Below are positions 36,882 to 37,153 of a stretch of 37,153 nt of DNA, in pieces. This DNA is from Acanthaster planci. Lineage: Eukaryota. The first letter of the stretch is position 1. Every line of letters starts with the position of its first letter. The stretch covers positions 1,391,588 to 1,428,740 of the forward strand of contig NW_019091361.1 in NCBI RefSeq assembly GCF_001949145.1, in the 5' to 3' direction. The notes beneath the pieces are model-generated. The model saw only the letters and a list, made by a program, of their open reading frames with translations, was not told the origin of the DNA and searched no databases. The position numbers were made by a program, and so were the translations under genes.

Positions 36882-37059
36882 TTTGTGTACAAGAAATACC
36901 CCGACCTGGAAGCTACCAGTCCGAAATTCGGGATTTATAGATATATTTCTGTGACCCCTCCTGGTTATGGCATGTCTTATTGTGAAAACCCCGAGGGATC
37001 ACAAATTATTAATGAGCTCGCGCGCGCGCAGAAATCCAACCATTTGGTGAAACGCATCC
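36882..37059 (+). repeat. Dispersed repeat, copy 2 (copy 1 at 25822-25993)
   Basis: Colinear similarity with 25822-25993 over ~170 bp. Confidence 0.85.
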
Positions 37060-37153
37060 TCTCCCACGTAAATTTGGAAGAGCGCCCTCAAGCTTGGGGT
37101 TACATTTTACCTACGTGTACCGTCTTTGTGTGTGTGACACTCAGGAACTAGCT

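Overview
Eukaryotic, intron-rich animal genomic DNA with one assembly gap (10058-10695). An invertebrate deuterostome such as an echinoderm is my guess from gene and repeat style. Three genes lie in tandem on the minus strand. (1) A DEG/ENaC-family channel with 11 phase-consistent GT-AG coding exons (36419->21245, 1842 nt, 613 aa; an N-terminal extension is possible) and a ~100-aa low-complexity Gly/Thr/Pro/Met insert in the extracellular finger region. (2) A compact 3-coding-exon TMEM79 (Mattrin)-like gene (16960->15188, 210 aa). (3) The first coding exon (N-terminal PH domain) of a RasGRF gene (3320->3060), probably transcribed from a non-coding first exon near 13.5 kb. Introns and intergenic DNA hold decayed LINEs, a tRNA-derived SINE, several MITEs and a nested hAT/Harbinger-like insertion. 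I found no clearly new biological system. The most unusual signals are a duplicated splice acceptor followed by an in-frame stop, a sharp switch in TACATGTA palindrome density at the putative RasGRF start, and a foldback element enclosing a tRNA T-arm.
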